A stretch of DNA of 64,000 nucleotides, from the NCBI RefSeq assembly GCF_009914755.1, contig NC_060934.1; one strand, given 5' to 3'. The notes beneath the pieces were generated by a model. That model worked only from the letters and a program-made list of their open reading frames with translations, was not told where the DNA came from and did not search any database. Each line of letters starts with the position of its first letter. Positions within the stretch are counted from its first letter, which is position 1. Below are positions 28,581 through 42,190 of this stretch, in pieces. Made by a program: the position numbers and the translations under genes. Source of the DNA: the human T2T-CHM13v2.0 reference genome, Homo sapiens.

Positions 28581-30031
28581 ACAATGTTTATAACAGGACT
28601 GGGAGCCAGGCAGCATAGTCAAAGAAAATTGAAGAACAGAATCATTTATTATCAAGTGCTAAATTGCTAGACAAAAATAATCAGTGCATTAGCTACTGTA
28701 TAATGAGGTGTTAATTGTGTGGTAAGGAAAAGAAACTTGGATAAATTGCAATCTTCTCAAACAAAGGAGATTAAGGAATACTCCGTGGAGAATGTGTCAA
28801 TATGTAGAAAAAAAGACCAAGGTCTTCCCCAGACAGAGGGCAGGAGGAGTAGGACCAATATTGTCTTCATATCACCAATGTCAGTTTTATAGTTTTATAT
28901 TGCCAATGAGTACTCTGGATGTTGATGTTATTAGTATGGCAGGAAAAACATTTTAAAACAATTGTGGTATTTTGTTTATTTTTATAGATGTAGATTTTAG
29001 AACAACTTTAAATTTTTGTGATAGCTGCCAGAAGAGGATTATTGTGGACATTTTAAAAGAATAATTTATAACACAATTCAGAATTCTAGGACAATATAAC
29101 TTCAGAAAACAGATTAGTGTATATGTGTTAATTGAGCATGACACTTTAAAATAAAATCCAAGCCTGCAGTATGTAACTTGATTCCCTTTCCAGCAAGGGG
29201 AATGGCCCGTTGATTCTCATGGAAAAATATGGTCACACTGTCCGTGAACTTGACTCTACATGAACCTCTTAAGGCTTCCAATAGCTCTCAGGCTCTGAGC
29301 AGCATCTGATTTGTTAGATGGGGGTCCTCATGCTTCCCTGGATCTTGTATCCACAAAGTACATGTCTTTTCTTCCATACTACAACTTCTAGTCACTTTGT
29401 AGGAATAAGTTTTTACCAAAATTTACTTTTGGTTAAGATGTACTGGTAATGGGGAAATATTAAATAACAATCAATATTTCCAGGGAGCTTGCTTTTCATT
29501 GTGCAGTGTGCTATTTTGAAAACTTTGACAGACTGAGCATTCTATTTAAGAAAATAATTCTAGTTTATTCTCTGGTACATTAGTCATTTATCACTAATTA
29601 GAATCACTTGAAATGAAAAAACAAACACATGAACAACAACAAAATCTTGTGTCTGGTGTGTCCAACCATATGACCATGAGTTATTATGACCCTGATTCTT
29701 GTATGCAAATCTGCTAGTATCATTAATCTTGGGAAAATGTTACAACTGCAATTTATTTTTACTAGGAAAAACATCCTAATCTTATATATAACATGAACCT
29801 TCACTTAACTAAATTTTAAGTAACTGTGAGAAAGCTCTCACCTATGATCTTAAAGGTCTTGCAAAATGACATCAACTTTAATTTTATAGCAAGTTCAGAT
29901 TTGCACTTTTGGACGGAGGAGGTGAAGAGGTTTATGTTTTGTGTCCTCCTTAGACAATACAACACAGTCAAACCTGGCAAAGCTAACATGAGTTCTGATT
30001 ACACTTAAATTCTCCTATCTACTCCATCCTA

Positions 30032-30418
30032 TTTTTATTTTTTAAATGTTTATTTATTTATTTAGAGACAGGGTCTTGCTCTGTCACCTAGGCTGGAGTG
30101 CAGTAGTGTGATCATAGTTCATTGAAGCCTCAACTTCCTGGGCTCAAGTGATCCTCCTTCCTCAGTCTCCTGAGTAGCTAGGACTACAGGTACACACCAC
30201 CATGCCCCTCTGACTTCAAGTCTTCATCCAGTTATCCTGTGGTTCAACTGGAGGAACTGCTTTGTTTCCCCACAAGAAGCATACATATATATATATATAT
30301 TTTAGAGATGGGGGTCTCACGATATTACCCAGGTTAGTCTCAAATTCCTGGGGCTCAAGCAATCCTTCCTCAGCCACCCAAAGTTCTGGGATTACAGTTA
30401 TGAGCCACCATACCCAGC
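30032..30418 (-). mobile_element. AluJ interrupted at its central linker by a 74-bp non-Alu insert (30209-30282)
   Basis: Right arm ends caccatgccc; left arm resumes tttagagatggggg. Confidence 0.92.
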
Positions 30419-31313
30419 TCCTCTCCATTCTGAAGAGAGAGTTTCCTTCATTATACTTTAATCAGTTTATAGTGATATCTTTATTCAAACTTACATAAAG
30501 TCTTAGCTTTCTGAATTTTTCAAAACATCTAAGATTAAATTCTTTTTTATTTTGATAAGATAGTTAAGGAGTAAACTTAATAAATGTATCATTTTAATGT
30601 ATTAATTTTCTTTATGTTTCCAATATCATCAGTCTATATCATTAATATATTCATATAGGCCATATTTATCTCTCTTAGTGCCATGGGTTTGTTGTAAATG
30701 CTAATGTAGTTTATTTCCAGATCAGCTTGAGCAGGCTGACGCCGTCTGTCTTTTCATATAAAAGGGAAGATCTCTCATTTTCAGAGATTGATGGTAATCC
30801 TACTATGTTGCATACCCCACTTGCCTTTTCACCTTTGTATGTATGTATATATTGACTCAATCTTATTTTAAGAACTCCATTATGATAATTAAGTATGAAC
30901 CACACTTTGACAATTGTTGTGGATGTAATTCTTATTATGCTTCGCTCTTGACAAGATAAAGCTGTTGATTTAAGTTTTGGCAGATGAGCAAAACTCCTGC
31001 AATGATTCCAGCTGGAAGAGTAGAGGGAAGAAAAGCATAATGTCTGTTTGGCTCTAATATTTGTTCGAATGAAATTATAAAGCTGGAATGACCAGAAATA
31101 TTGTAGTCTGAAAATGTAGAAAATCCACAAAGTTTGTAAATATGCTGGTGATAATGTTTTGAGTGTTTAGTGCCACAAGTAAGAGTTGATCGATAGAATT
31201 CTACAATCCTGCCAGTTGATCAATATAATGTCACTGCCTCTCTTGCTGGTAGTGGGTCAATTTTCTGAAATGTGCAATAGAGTAAGTCCTCTTTATTCTA
31301 TTGTGGCAGCTAC

Positions 31314-31497
31314 AAAGTTTTGTTATAAGTTGAAATAGTTGTAAAGAATGTAATTTTCATATCAGCAAATATGGGAGTTTTAGAAATAAAAAATAAAAAT
31401 TAGACACATGATCTCAAATTTACGTAGTGAAATCTAAATACCAGAATGGTTCATCTCTCAGATTATCCATTGAAAATATACATGAAAAATCTCAAAT
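31314..31497 (+). repeat. ~185-bp direct duplicate of 33420-33612
   Basis: Alignment from aaagttttgttataagttgaaatag; ~9 substitutions and 2 indels. Confidence 0.95.
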
Positions 31498-31498
31498 G

Positions 31499-31572
31499 AT
31501 GTTTCTTGCCTGGAAATAAAGCAGTTCTTCCAGTTGAACCATAGAATAACTGGATAAAGATTTGAAGTCAGA
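31499..31572 (+). repeat. Inverted partner (probable donor) of 30209-30282
   Basis: Reverse complement aligns ungapped with ~10 mismatches in 74 bp. Confidence 0.92.
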
Positions 31573-32554
31573 CCTCCAACTGTCCTGCAGAGGAATGGAA
31601 TTATTGTTTGCCTTCTTTATGCCTCCATATAACTCCATCAACACCTGCTTATAGTGATTCTCCATTTTGAGGGAAGAAATGTATTCTTTTTCTCAGTCTT
31701 TACAAATATATCAAGGGAATATAATTTCCTTCCAGATACAATATACTTATTTTATAAAGACATAGAGTAAAATGTCAGAGGTGATAAACATATTTCGTTT
31801 TAAAGCAGTCTTAAAAAAAGGATTGCATGAAAAAATTGTAGATGTTTCTTATCCTGATAATACTCACTCAACAATTAAGGACAACACATAAGTGCCACAA
31901 ATGTAAAAGGTCACATAGTAATAAGATCAGCATGATACCTGAAGCACACTGCAGTGTTTTGCCTGTAGCGGTTAAGCATATTTTTCTGATCAGGGTCAGT
32001 TATGAGGACACAGAAAGCCAGATTGTCTGCTTTAATTGAGCATCACATGCTTTTAGTACCTGAAGGGCTGGACTATGCAGGCTCTTATGGACTCATCCTT
32101 TGAACAGAGGACTTCCATCTGCTGGAAAGCACTTCTTTGTCATTTAAGTCAAGGTCATCTCATGGGCTGGGAAGGATGTGTAGAGTTGGAACCTTGCATC
32201 TATCTTGGAGGCAAAGTTTCATAAAACACTTCCCTTTCCCTGTCCTTCAGTGACGCCAACACCAAGGAGATGCCCATCCAAGGCTAGTGATAGGGACATG
32301 CACCACTGGTCCTCATGAAGACATGGAGTAGGTGGAGAGGTAGGGCAATGGCCAGCACCACAGAATGGCTGGTGCACAGAGAATGGCACTTGTCACCCTA
32401 TATCCTGGAATCCTATCTCAGCTTTGACTTTGGCACATGTCAGTCTACCTAAACTGCCTCATCTGTGAGATATGACAAGTTCCTTTCTCAGTTACTTTCT
32501 TTTTATTGTTGTTGAGTGGTAAGGATATTTGATAACATGGCATATATAAAATGC

Positions 32555-32985
32555 CAGTGTGTCAAATAGTGTCCACCCGGATTTCATGTCCACTCAGAAT
32601 CTCAGAATGTGACTTATTTGGAAATAGGATCTTTGTGGATGTTATTAAAGTAAAGATCAGGATAAGGGTGACTGGAGTGGGGTGAGCCCTAAATCCGGGG
32701 AAAGTGCCCGTGTAGGAGACTGGAGGGTCCACAAAGAGACTCAGAGGCACCCTTATGATGCCGGACCCAGAGATGGGTGCGATGCTGCCAGATGCCAAGA
32801 CACAGGAGGCAGCAAAAGCTGGGTGAGGCAGGAAGGAGGCTCCCTAGAGCCCTGAGAGGAAGCATAGCTCTGCCAACAGCTTGATTTTGGACTATCCAGC
32901 CCCCAGAACGGTGAGAAAATAAATGTCTATTGTTTCAAGCCATGAAGTTTGTGGTAATTTGTATGGCAGCTCTGGGAAGACTAAG
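32555..32985 (+). mobile_element. MLT1C/B MaLR solo LTR inserted in a MIR
   Basis: tcagaatgtgacttatttggaaatagg..aataaatgtctattgtttcaagcc..tggcagc. Confidence 0.88.
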
Positions 32986-33419
32986 TTTAATTAAGTATTG
33001 CTATGATTAATATGAATCTCATTGGACTTCTTTATTATGTCCTGTCAAGACTTACGAAGGTGAGCAGGAGGCTGGTGTAGACCTTCCTCGGATTTGAAAA
33101 CTTTAGATCATCAACTGGGAGAAAGAATTCCTAAATTACTAATTGACTGAATCAAATGTACTTTTTCAAAAAATCTTAACATTTTTGCTACCTCCTGCTT
33201 GTGGTTTGCCTCGTGATGTTCCTTCTTTCACTGCTAATAATTTTCTTTTTCGCCATGAATGGGTGATCACCACAAAAGACTGGATTAGACTGACTCTCCT
33301 GCTAGAACAAATAAGAGAGCATGACTGAATTTTTAGCCAAAAGACAATTCGGAATCACCTTATTTGATGGAAATTTTTGCCTGTTTTTAACACCAAAAAT
33401 AAATTTAAAACTATAATAT

Positions 33420-33612
33420 AAAGTTTTGTTATAAGTTGAAATAGTTGTAAATAATGTAATTTTCATATCAGCAAATATGGGAGTTTTAGAAATAAAAAGA
33501 GGTCGACTAAAAATTAGACATGTGATCTTAAATTTACGTAGTGAAATCTAAATACCAGAATGATTTTATCTCTCAGATCATCCATTGAAAATATACATGA
33601 AAAAGCTCGAAT
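33420..33612 (+). repeat. Partner of 31314-31497
   Basis: Same alignment. Confidence 0.95.
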
Positions 33613-33827
33613 AACAGTTGGCATTTCTACATCATTTTCTTCTCCTTGAATATAAACATTATTCCATTTCTTCCATATAATTTTATGTTAATGTAAATGT
33701 TTCTATGCTTCAAAGTGCTTTGCTCATCACCATATTATTTTGCTGATATAAAAATATGGATCTAAATGTCTGTGACCACAAGACTCTAAGGGTTAAGAAC
33801 TTCTTCTAGACTTATTTTTCATTAAAT

Positions 33828-34170
33828 CTTTTAATTTTTTTATTTCCATAGGTTATTGGGAAACAGCTGGTGTTTGGTTACATGAGCAAGTTCTTTAGTG
33901 GTGGTTTGTGAGATTTTGGTGCACCCATCACCTGAGCAGTATACACTGCACACAATTTGTAGTATTTTATCCCTCACTCCCTTCCTACTCTTTTCCCTTG
34001 AGTCCTCAAAGCCCATTGTGTCATTCATATGCCTTTGCATCTCATAGCTTAGCTCCCACTTATGAGTGAGAATATATGATGTTTGGTTTTCTTTTCATGA
34101 GTTACTTCATTTATAATAGCCTCCAATCTCATCCAGGTTGCTGCGAATGCCATTAATTCATTCCTTTTTT
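33828..34170 (-). mobile_element. L1PB1-like 3' end
   Basis: tttccataggttattggg..ggtgcacccatcacctgagcag. Confidence 0.9.
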
Positions 34171-34309
34171 TAATTGATACAGAATTAAACAAACAGCATA
34201 AATATTATAGTCAAAAAACATAAACACATAGACACAGCAATAATCAAAAAACATAAATATAAATGCAACCTAAGTAGCTGAATTAATCACACAATATAAA
34301 TACTAATGT

Positions 34310-34512
34310 AGGGGGACTTCTGGAACTGTGCTGGCCCGTGACCCTTCAAGGATGCCTCCAGTGGGAGTGAGGCTGCTTGCTTGGGCCAGGGGTTATTCCT
34401 GGAGACAGACTTTGCTGTGATCAGTCAGCATCCACTGTCCTGACACTCCTGCAAATGGGTCATTCAGTCCTTGAGGATGATCCTGGCAATGTGACCCGGC
34501 ATCACTGCACAC
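34310..34512 (-). mobile_element. LTR33-like ERVL LTR fragment
   Basis: tcagtccttgaggatgatcctgg..gcatcactgca resembles the antisense LTR33 5' end. Confidence 0.5.
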
Positions 34513-35640
34513 AGCACCCTCATGCATCGATGCATGAAAGCATTTAGAACAGCACTCCACATGCCACGTTTAATAAATTAATAAATTATTAACATCAATA
34601 ATGAGCTCTGCTTTGAAACTCCATACTCTCAAACTGTTCCGCCATTTCTCCTATAACCAAGTCTATTTATGGACAGAGAGAAAAGTACTCTATATAAAGA
34701 CCCAGTGTAGAGACTGCTTTATCAAAAAGAAGCAAGTCCTAGAAAAAAAGACTTAAAATCCTGAAAACCTCCCTGTCTCTTGTTATCAGTTATTATCCAA
34801 TCTCTGGAAAGATGACAAGAAACTAATGTGCAATGTAAACATATTGTAAACGTATTCTTCCCATCACTAGGCTGAATAAAATATAATATAAAACTATCAA
34901 GTAAGACAAGAAGACATCTAGCATTAGTAAGGTCTAAAGATGAAAGTACTGGGCACATAAAGAAAAAGAGGACCTAAATAACAGCCTAATGCATTTGAAT
35001 AGCCAAACTGATATTTTTATGCTCTTAAAAAAATACAAATCCACTTATTAGGTTTTATTACTTGTTAACATATCTTGTAAATCACACATTTTCCATGGTA
35101 TAATTTTTATTTTTTTAAGTTGAACATTAAATGAAGACCACATCTCTTACCCAGAGAAAGCATTTTTGTAATCTCTTATTAAATATCCCCTCCTCCTTCT
35201 ATTCTGGTTCACTTCTCTTCTGCCAAAATTCATATGCTGTAAGCCCAAAGCACATGAGTATTTGGTGAAAATTGAAGTTTTCCAAATTCTACGTAAGCAT
35301 CTCTGATATTTCTGTAAAAATACATGAAAATGTCAAATAAACTCTTAAATATATGTTTAATGTCAAATATATGTATATATTTTAAGAATAATATTTGTTA
35401 CTCAAATTATTTTTCTTGAATTACATAGAATATTTCTTCAAAAGTAGGTTAAAGATGTTAAAATACACTATTGTTTATTAAATGTGTTTGCATAAATCTG
35501 CCTCTTACTGACAGAAAGTTACTCTGAGAAGATAAATATAGAACTTAAATCATTGAACTATTGCTTGTATTCAATAAATAACATACCTTATTTTAAACAT
35601 GACCATATTCTTTGACTAATAGTTTATACTATAAAAGCTA

Positions 35641-35710
35641 CTAAGTAAAAAAATGAACATCTAAACTAAGAGGTACCAAGTAAAAAAATAAATATCTGAG
35701 CTAAGAGGTA
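35641..35710. repeat. 2 x 35-bp tandem duplication
   Basis: ctaagtaaaaaaatgaacatctaaactaagaggta / ccaagtaaaaaaataaatatctgagctaagaggta. Confidence 0.9.
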
Positions 35711-37289
35711 TTTTTCAGCTAGAGCTTAAAAATAAGTCTGTATTATAGTAAAACATTAAAAATCTATATAAAAATAATAATTACATGAAATTTCCTTTTT
35801 AAGAGGGGTAAGATATAAATACTAATGAGGTTAGTTAAAATTTTAGAAATGTTTGAGCGTGAAAAAAGTAGTCAAATAATTTACTTCTAAATTCTACAGG
35901 AAAGTTTAGAACTTGTATTTGTGTGAGAATTGGAAAACTCAATGAGACTTGATTTCTGATTTAAAATATTCAGAATATAAGGAAATGGATAGCATGAGCT
36001 ATTACATTCTAAATGTTTCAAAAGCCAATATATATTTGTATTTTAAGAAACAAGAGCTAATATACTTCTTACATTTTATTATATGCAAATATATTGAGTT
36101 CATTTTTATAGCCTAACTTTAAAATAGTGAACTTAATTACAGTGCCTAAAATACAATTATATGTCTTTTCAAATAAATTAAAATTATAATTATTTCACGT
36201 CCCCCTTTAACAAAATTATTCTAAATCCTGAAAAGGAACTCAAAAAGTAAAGATAATCTTATTGACATGTTCACATATGTTCATATTTTAGCTTACTGGA
36301 TTGGATTTCCCTGAATAATTAATGAAATTGACATTAATTGATATTTTCCCAAAGCCACTTTTAGTAGGTTTTCCAGATACCACTGTTTCCAGATTTCAAG
36401 TTTTTGATCAGACAGCTGAGCTGAAGGCAGATAGTTCTGGTTTCTTTAGCTCATTTTACTAAGAGGCTTAGTATCAACATACGGTCATGTCCATGATGGT
36501 AGGTTGGTCATTATCATCATCATGCATCAATCACGTTTTATGATCTGCTCCTCTGCGTGAGCTTGCAGTGCAGTAGAGTGGTATGAATGCATGTCCTTGT
36601 CCAGAGATGTTAGATTTGACCATGCAACTTTCTTTAACAATGGAATGAGGTGTATACAAAAATCTTTAAACTTGTGTGCAAGTCTATCGAGCCATCTTGC
36701 ACTCATATGAACTGTCATGAAAAGAAGATACACAAAGTAGTCAATGACCCTCGAAGGAGGAGGAGACATGTGGACCAGACTTGAACTGCACCAGCATCCT
36801 GAAGCCTCTAGTCCAAATTCTGGAGTTCAGCTTAGCCAGGTAAGTTGCAAATAACCTGTAATCCCATGAGAAAGAAATACAGGCTCTTGGTTTTCTGTCT
36901 TTGTGACTTTTTCCACAGCAATATTGCAATAAGAGCTGACGAAAACACCCATACCAGATTATTTTACGCTTCAGAAAAATTAACATGAGTATTCAGATTT
37001 TTACAAAACGGTAATAAACCCTTACTTTTATTTGTATACGCATTTCTAGTTAGTTCTCAAGAAAATTTGTACTCCATTTGTCTTTATGTATTTGTTTGCT
37101 TGCTTTCTGCAGGGAATCAATAATTGGCAATCACAGCTTCAAGAAATACGTTATTTAGAGGTTTCTTCCAAAATATTTAGAGACAGGTAGTTTTTCTTGG
37201 GCATTTCTGTAAAGGTTCTTTATCAGCTCAAACATTCTGCTTCCTCCAGTATGATTTGGTTGGTAAAGGCAGCATGTGCAAGTGTTGTG

Positions 37290-37540
37290 GGTAGAGATAT
37301 ATATCATGTGCATGACTTTTGAAATCATTCAAAATTGTCTTTAAATTGCTGCTCTGCCCTTCTTAGCACATAACACTGAATAAATTATTCATCCTGCTTC
37401 AGCCTTAGTCTTCACATTGTTAAATGGGGATAGTAAATCCTAATTCCCCTGACTGATGTAAGAGTGAAGTAAGGCAATGCCAACGCCTCGAGTAATGCAC
37501 ATCTGCTTCCCTAGAAACACTCATTATGTGTCAGGTATTC
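37290..37540 (+). mobile_element. MIR
   Basis: gccttagtcttcacattgttaaatggggatagtaa core. Confidence 0.65.
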
Positions 37541-38310
37541 TGATTAGCAGAGGTATTGTTCTAAAAATTACTATTTAATAGAATTTTAAATATGTCACTG
37601 ACTATGAGGGAGTAATTTTTATGGTCTGGTCTCACAAACACACACCAAACTAGACCATATCTATGAAGCAACTGTTTTCAGGCATTGGACAAGAATATGC
37701 AGCATAAGAATATGACCACAGGGACAAAGGAAGCTCACGATTCTCCTGGCTCTCTGTGGGGGACCAATTCCTGAACAGCAGTACAGGAAGTTGGCCCCCA
37801 TGCAGAGAATGGCAACTCCAGGGAGGTGAGAAGGCAGGGGTCAGTGTCTGGGTGGTTTGGGAGTCTGTGGGGCAGAAGAAGAGGGTGTCATGGAGATTGC
37901 AAGCATCCCTTTGGGGACACGTCATGAGCTTGGGCTGCATATGCTTATGCAGCTATGACTGCTCCCATCTTAACATAAACCTGCTTAAGGGTTTATGTTA
38001 AGGGGCGATTAAGCGGAGGACAGAGATAGGAGAGTCCTGCTGAAGGACATTGGGAGTCCAGCCTGCTATGATGGAGAGACGTTAAAGATATCTCATCAAC
38101 AGCATTCAGGCACAGAGCTGAGTCCCCAGATGTCTCATTTTGGGCATAGAAGCCACCCCCTAGAGTAACTCCTACTGTGGCCCCACCTTCACAAAGCCTA
38201 AAACATCATCTGTCACAAAAAAATCCTTAGAGAAGGGAGATTTCGGAGGTTCAGGGAAATGAATTGGTCTTTCCATAGATCAGCCCTGACAAAGCATAAA
38301 ACCAAGTCTA

Positions 38311-38605
38311 GGTTTAGCATGGTGGCTCATGCCTGTAATCCTAGCATTTTGGGGGGCTGGGATGGAAAGATCTCTTAAGCCCAGGGGTTCTAGATTAACG
38401 TGAGCAACATAATAAGACTCCATCTCTATCGAAAACAAAACGTGATCTGGGTTTTATGGTGTGTGCCTGTGGCCCTAGCTACTCAGGAGGCTGAGACAGA
38501 AGGATCACTTGAACCTGGTAGTTTAAGGCTGCAGTGAACTATGAGGACACCAATGCACTCCAGCCTAGGGAGCACAGCAAGACTTTATCTCTAAATAAAT
38601 AAGTA
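38311..38605 (+). mobile_element. AluJ
   Basis: Diverged dimer; aaggctgcagtgaactatga. Confidence 0.9.
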
Positions 38606-38639
38606 ATTTTAAGAAAATACAATTTTTAAAAAAGCAATT

Positions 38640-40630
38640 CTATACAAGTTCAAAGTCATCAGCAGTAACTGTATTGCCTGCTAATAAAAAATCAACACTT
38701 TTCAGAGGATGAGAACAGAATTCAGAGGCTGTACAATGTGTCATCTACAATGTCCCAGGACACGATAACAAAAAAAAATGAGATATACAAAAAATAAGTA
38801 AATATGACCCATGGTGAAAAACAGTCCGTTAGAAATATATCCCTTTTATGGCACAGATGTTGGATTTAGCAAGCTATTGTAATTATATTGAAATAATTAA
38901 AGGAAGATATGATCTTAATGAATGAATAGAGACACAGCCTCAGTGAAGACACGGAAAGCATGGCAGAAACCAAATGAAAAGTTCCAGCATTGAAAAGGCT
39001 ATTCCTGAACCAAAAAATCTACTGCATAAGCTTGGCAGAGTAAAAGAGTCAGTAAATCAAAGGTGTTGATAGATATTATTGCATCTGAAGTACAAAGGAG
39101 AAAAATAAATCCTTGAAGAAAAACGAGCAGAGTCTCCTGGTCCCACGAGAGAATACCAAGCAGATTAGCATCCATGTATAGTATAATATATGCTACAACC
39201 TAATACATGTATGCTAATATTTTGAGTTCCAGAAGGACCGTGAGGATAGGAGAGGAAAAGTATTTGAAGAAAGAATAGTTGTAAAATCCCCAGGTTTTAA
39301 TAAAACTTCAACTTACACACCAAAGCAGAATAAATAAAAAGAAAAGCAGATGTAACACTGTCCAAGATAAAGATGAAATCTTAAAAGCAACCAGAGCAAA
39401 ATGATGTATTACAAAAAAAGAGAAATGTTGTATACTTTCTATTAATTCGTATCAAATAATACTAGAAGATAATAAAATGACTGCTTTAAAGTACTGAAAC
39501 ATAAAAGAAACAGCTCAGAGCCCTATATCCAGTAAACATATCCTTCAAAAACAAGAGTAAAATTAGATTTTTCCAAAGAATTTGTCACCAGTAGACTTAA
39601 ACTCTAAGAAATGCCAAGTAATATTCTCAAGATGAAAGAAAATGATTTCTATTGGAAACTTGAATTTGACAAAAGAATAAAGAATACTAAAAGCAGCTCT
39701 ACGTTGGAAAATAAAAAAGACTTTTCCATTTTCCTAATTTCTTTTAAAAACTGTTTAAAAAATAACATCATAAGGTAAATTTTATAGCATATATAGATAT
39801 AAGATGTGTGACAAGAAGAGCTTGGATGATGGTGGGCAGGTGAGTGAGACTGCAATCTCATAATTCTGTTACATCTGGAAAGTGGAGTGTTATGAGAGTG
39901 GCAGGAGGCAGCAAGCATGAGTTATAACATGTGAATTGTGAACTGTAGGGTGTGGAGTATAAGGTGTGAAATGGTAAAATGCTGACTCTACATAATCTTT
40001 GATAAATTGACGATTCATATTGTCAGCCCTAGGGCAACCACTAAAAATAAGTTAAAAATATGTCTAGTGCAGAATTGCAGTGCAGAGAATAAAGCGGAAT
40101 TCTAAGAATAAGTTACATAAAATAAAAGCAGTTAAAGGGCAATAAAGGAACAAACAGAAGTGACAAATGAAAGAAAATCACAAAATTGAATGATTAAATC
40201 CAACTATGTCTACAATGACGTTAAACTTAATTAGACTAAAGATCTCATCAGAAGGCATATTTTTTCACATTTGATAAAAAGCAATATATATACTTCCTAA
40301 AAGACAAGCTATTTTAAAAAAAGACAAATTCCTTGAATTACAAGGAAAGAAAATGTACAACATGCAAACCAATAAAAGTATGCTAACATAGCTATATCAA
40401 CATAATAAAAGCAGACTTCACAATAAAGAGTATTAAAGAGAAAAAGAGAATTATAAGGAAGATATACTATCCTAAATAAATATATATCTATTGGCAAAGC
40501 TTGAAACCTCAAGCTTTATTAAGAAGTGAACTAAAACGAATAACAGTAAACACTATCCTTGAACTAAAATAGGTGAACTAAAACAAGTTCACAATCAGTA
40601 TTTGATAAAACAATTAGACAAACTGTCAAT
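38640..40630 (+). mobile_element. Old L1M(D/E) ORF1 to early ORF2 region
   Basis: atcttaaaagcaaccagag, ctatatccagtaaacatatccttcaaaa, gaatttgtcaccagtagac ORF1 motifs. Confidence 0.75.
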
Positions 40631-40700
40631 ATACAAAAAATTATATATATAATTATATATTATATATTATATATAATAGTAAGTATATATAAAACTGTCA

Positions 40701-41235
40701 GCATGCGGGGCTGAGAATGATGGCTTCTGACTTAAACCATGTCCCTGCAAAGGACATGAACTCATTTTATTTATGGTTGCATAGTATTCCATGGTGTATA
40801 TGTGCCACATTGTCTTTATCCAGTCTATTGTTGATGGGCATTTGGGTTGGTTCCAAGTCTTTGCTATTGGAAATAGTGCTGCAATAAACATACGTGTGCA
40901 CGTGTCTGTATAGTAGAACGATTTATAATCCTTTCGGTATTCTCAGCAAACTAACACACACACATAAATCCAAACACCGCATGTTCTCATAAGTGGGAGT
41001 TGAACAATGAGAACACGTGGACACAGGGAGGGGAACAACACACACCGGGGCCTGTCGAGGGGGTGGGGGGCTACAGGAGTGAGGGCATTAGGACAAATAC
41101 CTAATGCATGTGGGGCTTAAAACCTAGATGTCGGGTTGACAGTTGCAATAAACCACCATGGTACATGTATACCTATGTAACAAACCTGCATGTTCTGCAC
41201 ATGTATCCCAGAACTTAGAGTAAAAACAGAAAAAT
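40701..41235 (+). mobile_element. L1PA7/8-like 5'-inverted (twin-primed) insertion
   Basis: Antisense L1 at 40710-40940 joined to sense 3'UTR at 40939-41235. Confidence 0.9.
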
Positions 41236-41299
41236 GATATAGGATATAAAGACTCACTTACACATACACACACACATACACATGTATTGGAAACATAAT

Positions 41300-42190
41300 A
41301 ATTTTTATATATCACAAGTTAATAATAAGGAAACAAACAATCCAAGTATTTTTTTAAAAGCATGGCAAACTATTTGAACAGACAAAGATATTCAGGTATT
41401 AAGATTTTTCTTAATCTTAGACATGAAAAGATGTTCCGCTTTACTCATCATGGAAGTGCTAACTAAAATTAAAATGAGAAACACTTCACACACTCGATTA
41501 GCTAAAATTAAAAAGGCTGACACTACCAAAAATTAATGAGGATGTGGAGCACGTGGAATCCACATACCTTGCTGGTGGGAATGTAAAACTCCACACCCAC
41601 TGTAGAAAATAGTTCTGTACCTTTTATAAAATGAAACCTATGAGCCAGAAAGTCCAGTCCAATGTATTTATCTATGACAATGTTAAAAATGAGCAAACAA
41701 CAATGTACCCAAAGCCTCATATACTAGTGTTTGGAGCAGCTTTATTCATAATAGTCACACTGGAAACAACCCAAATGCCTGTCCACCGGTAATTTACGCT
41801 AAACGTTGCGATGAAACACCATTCAGCAGTAAAAAGGGGCACACTTTTTGTGTGTATCTAACACACCACAATATTAATGAATCTTAAAAGCATAAAGCCA
41901 ATTGAAAGAAGTCAGATACAAAAGAGTATGTTCTATATGATTCAATTTATGTGAAGTTCTAAAACATGCAAAACTTATAATGGTGAAAACCAGCTCAGGC
42001 CACCTGGGGTGGGGTAGGGGGTAGACAGAGGGATGTGAAGGGACAGGTGAGAGCATTCTGAAGACATGGAAGTGCTCTGTGTCTGGATCAAGGTGGTGGT
42101 CACATGTGTCAAAACTCATCAGTCTATACATTAAAAACACGTGCATTTAATTTAAGGTAGACTGTTGCCAATAAAGTTTATTTTAAGATA
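41300..42190 (+). mobile_element. L1ME-like 3' region
   Basis: ttgctggtgggaatgtaaaa, tggaaacaacccaaatgcc, aaaactcatc. Confidence 0.8.

Noticed and set aside
35641-35710. 35-bp direct repeats as a CRISPR-like array
   Set aside because: Only two abutting units, no spacers, in eukaryotic DNA.
40667-40891. ORF MFIAALFPIAKTWNQPKCPS..
   Set aside because: L1 ORF2 C-terminus within the inverted L1PA fragment, not a gene.
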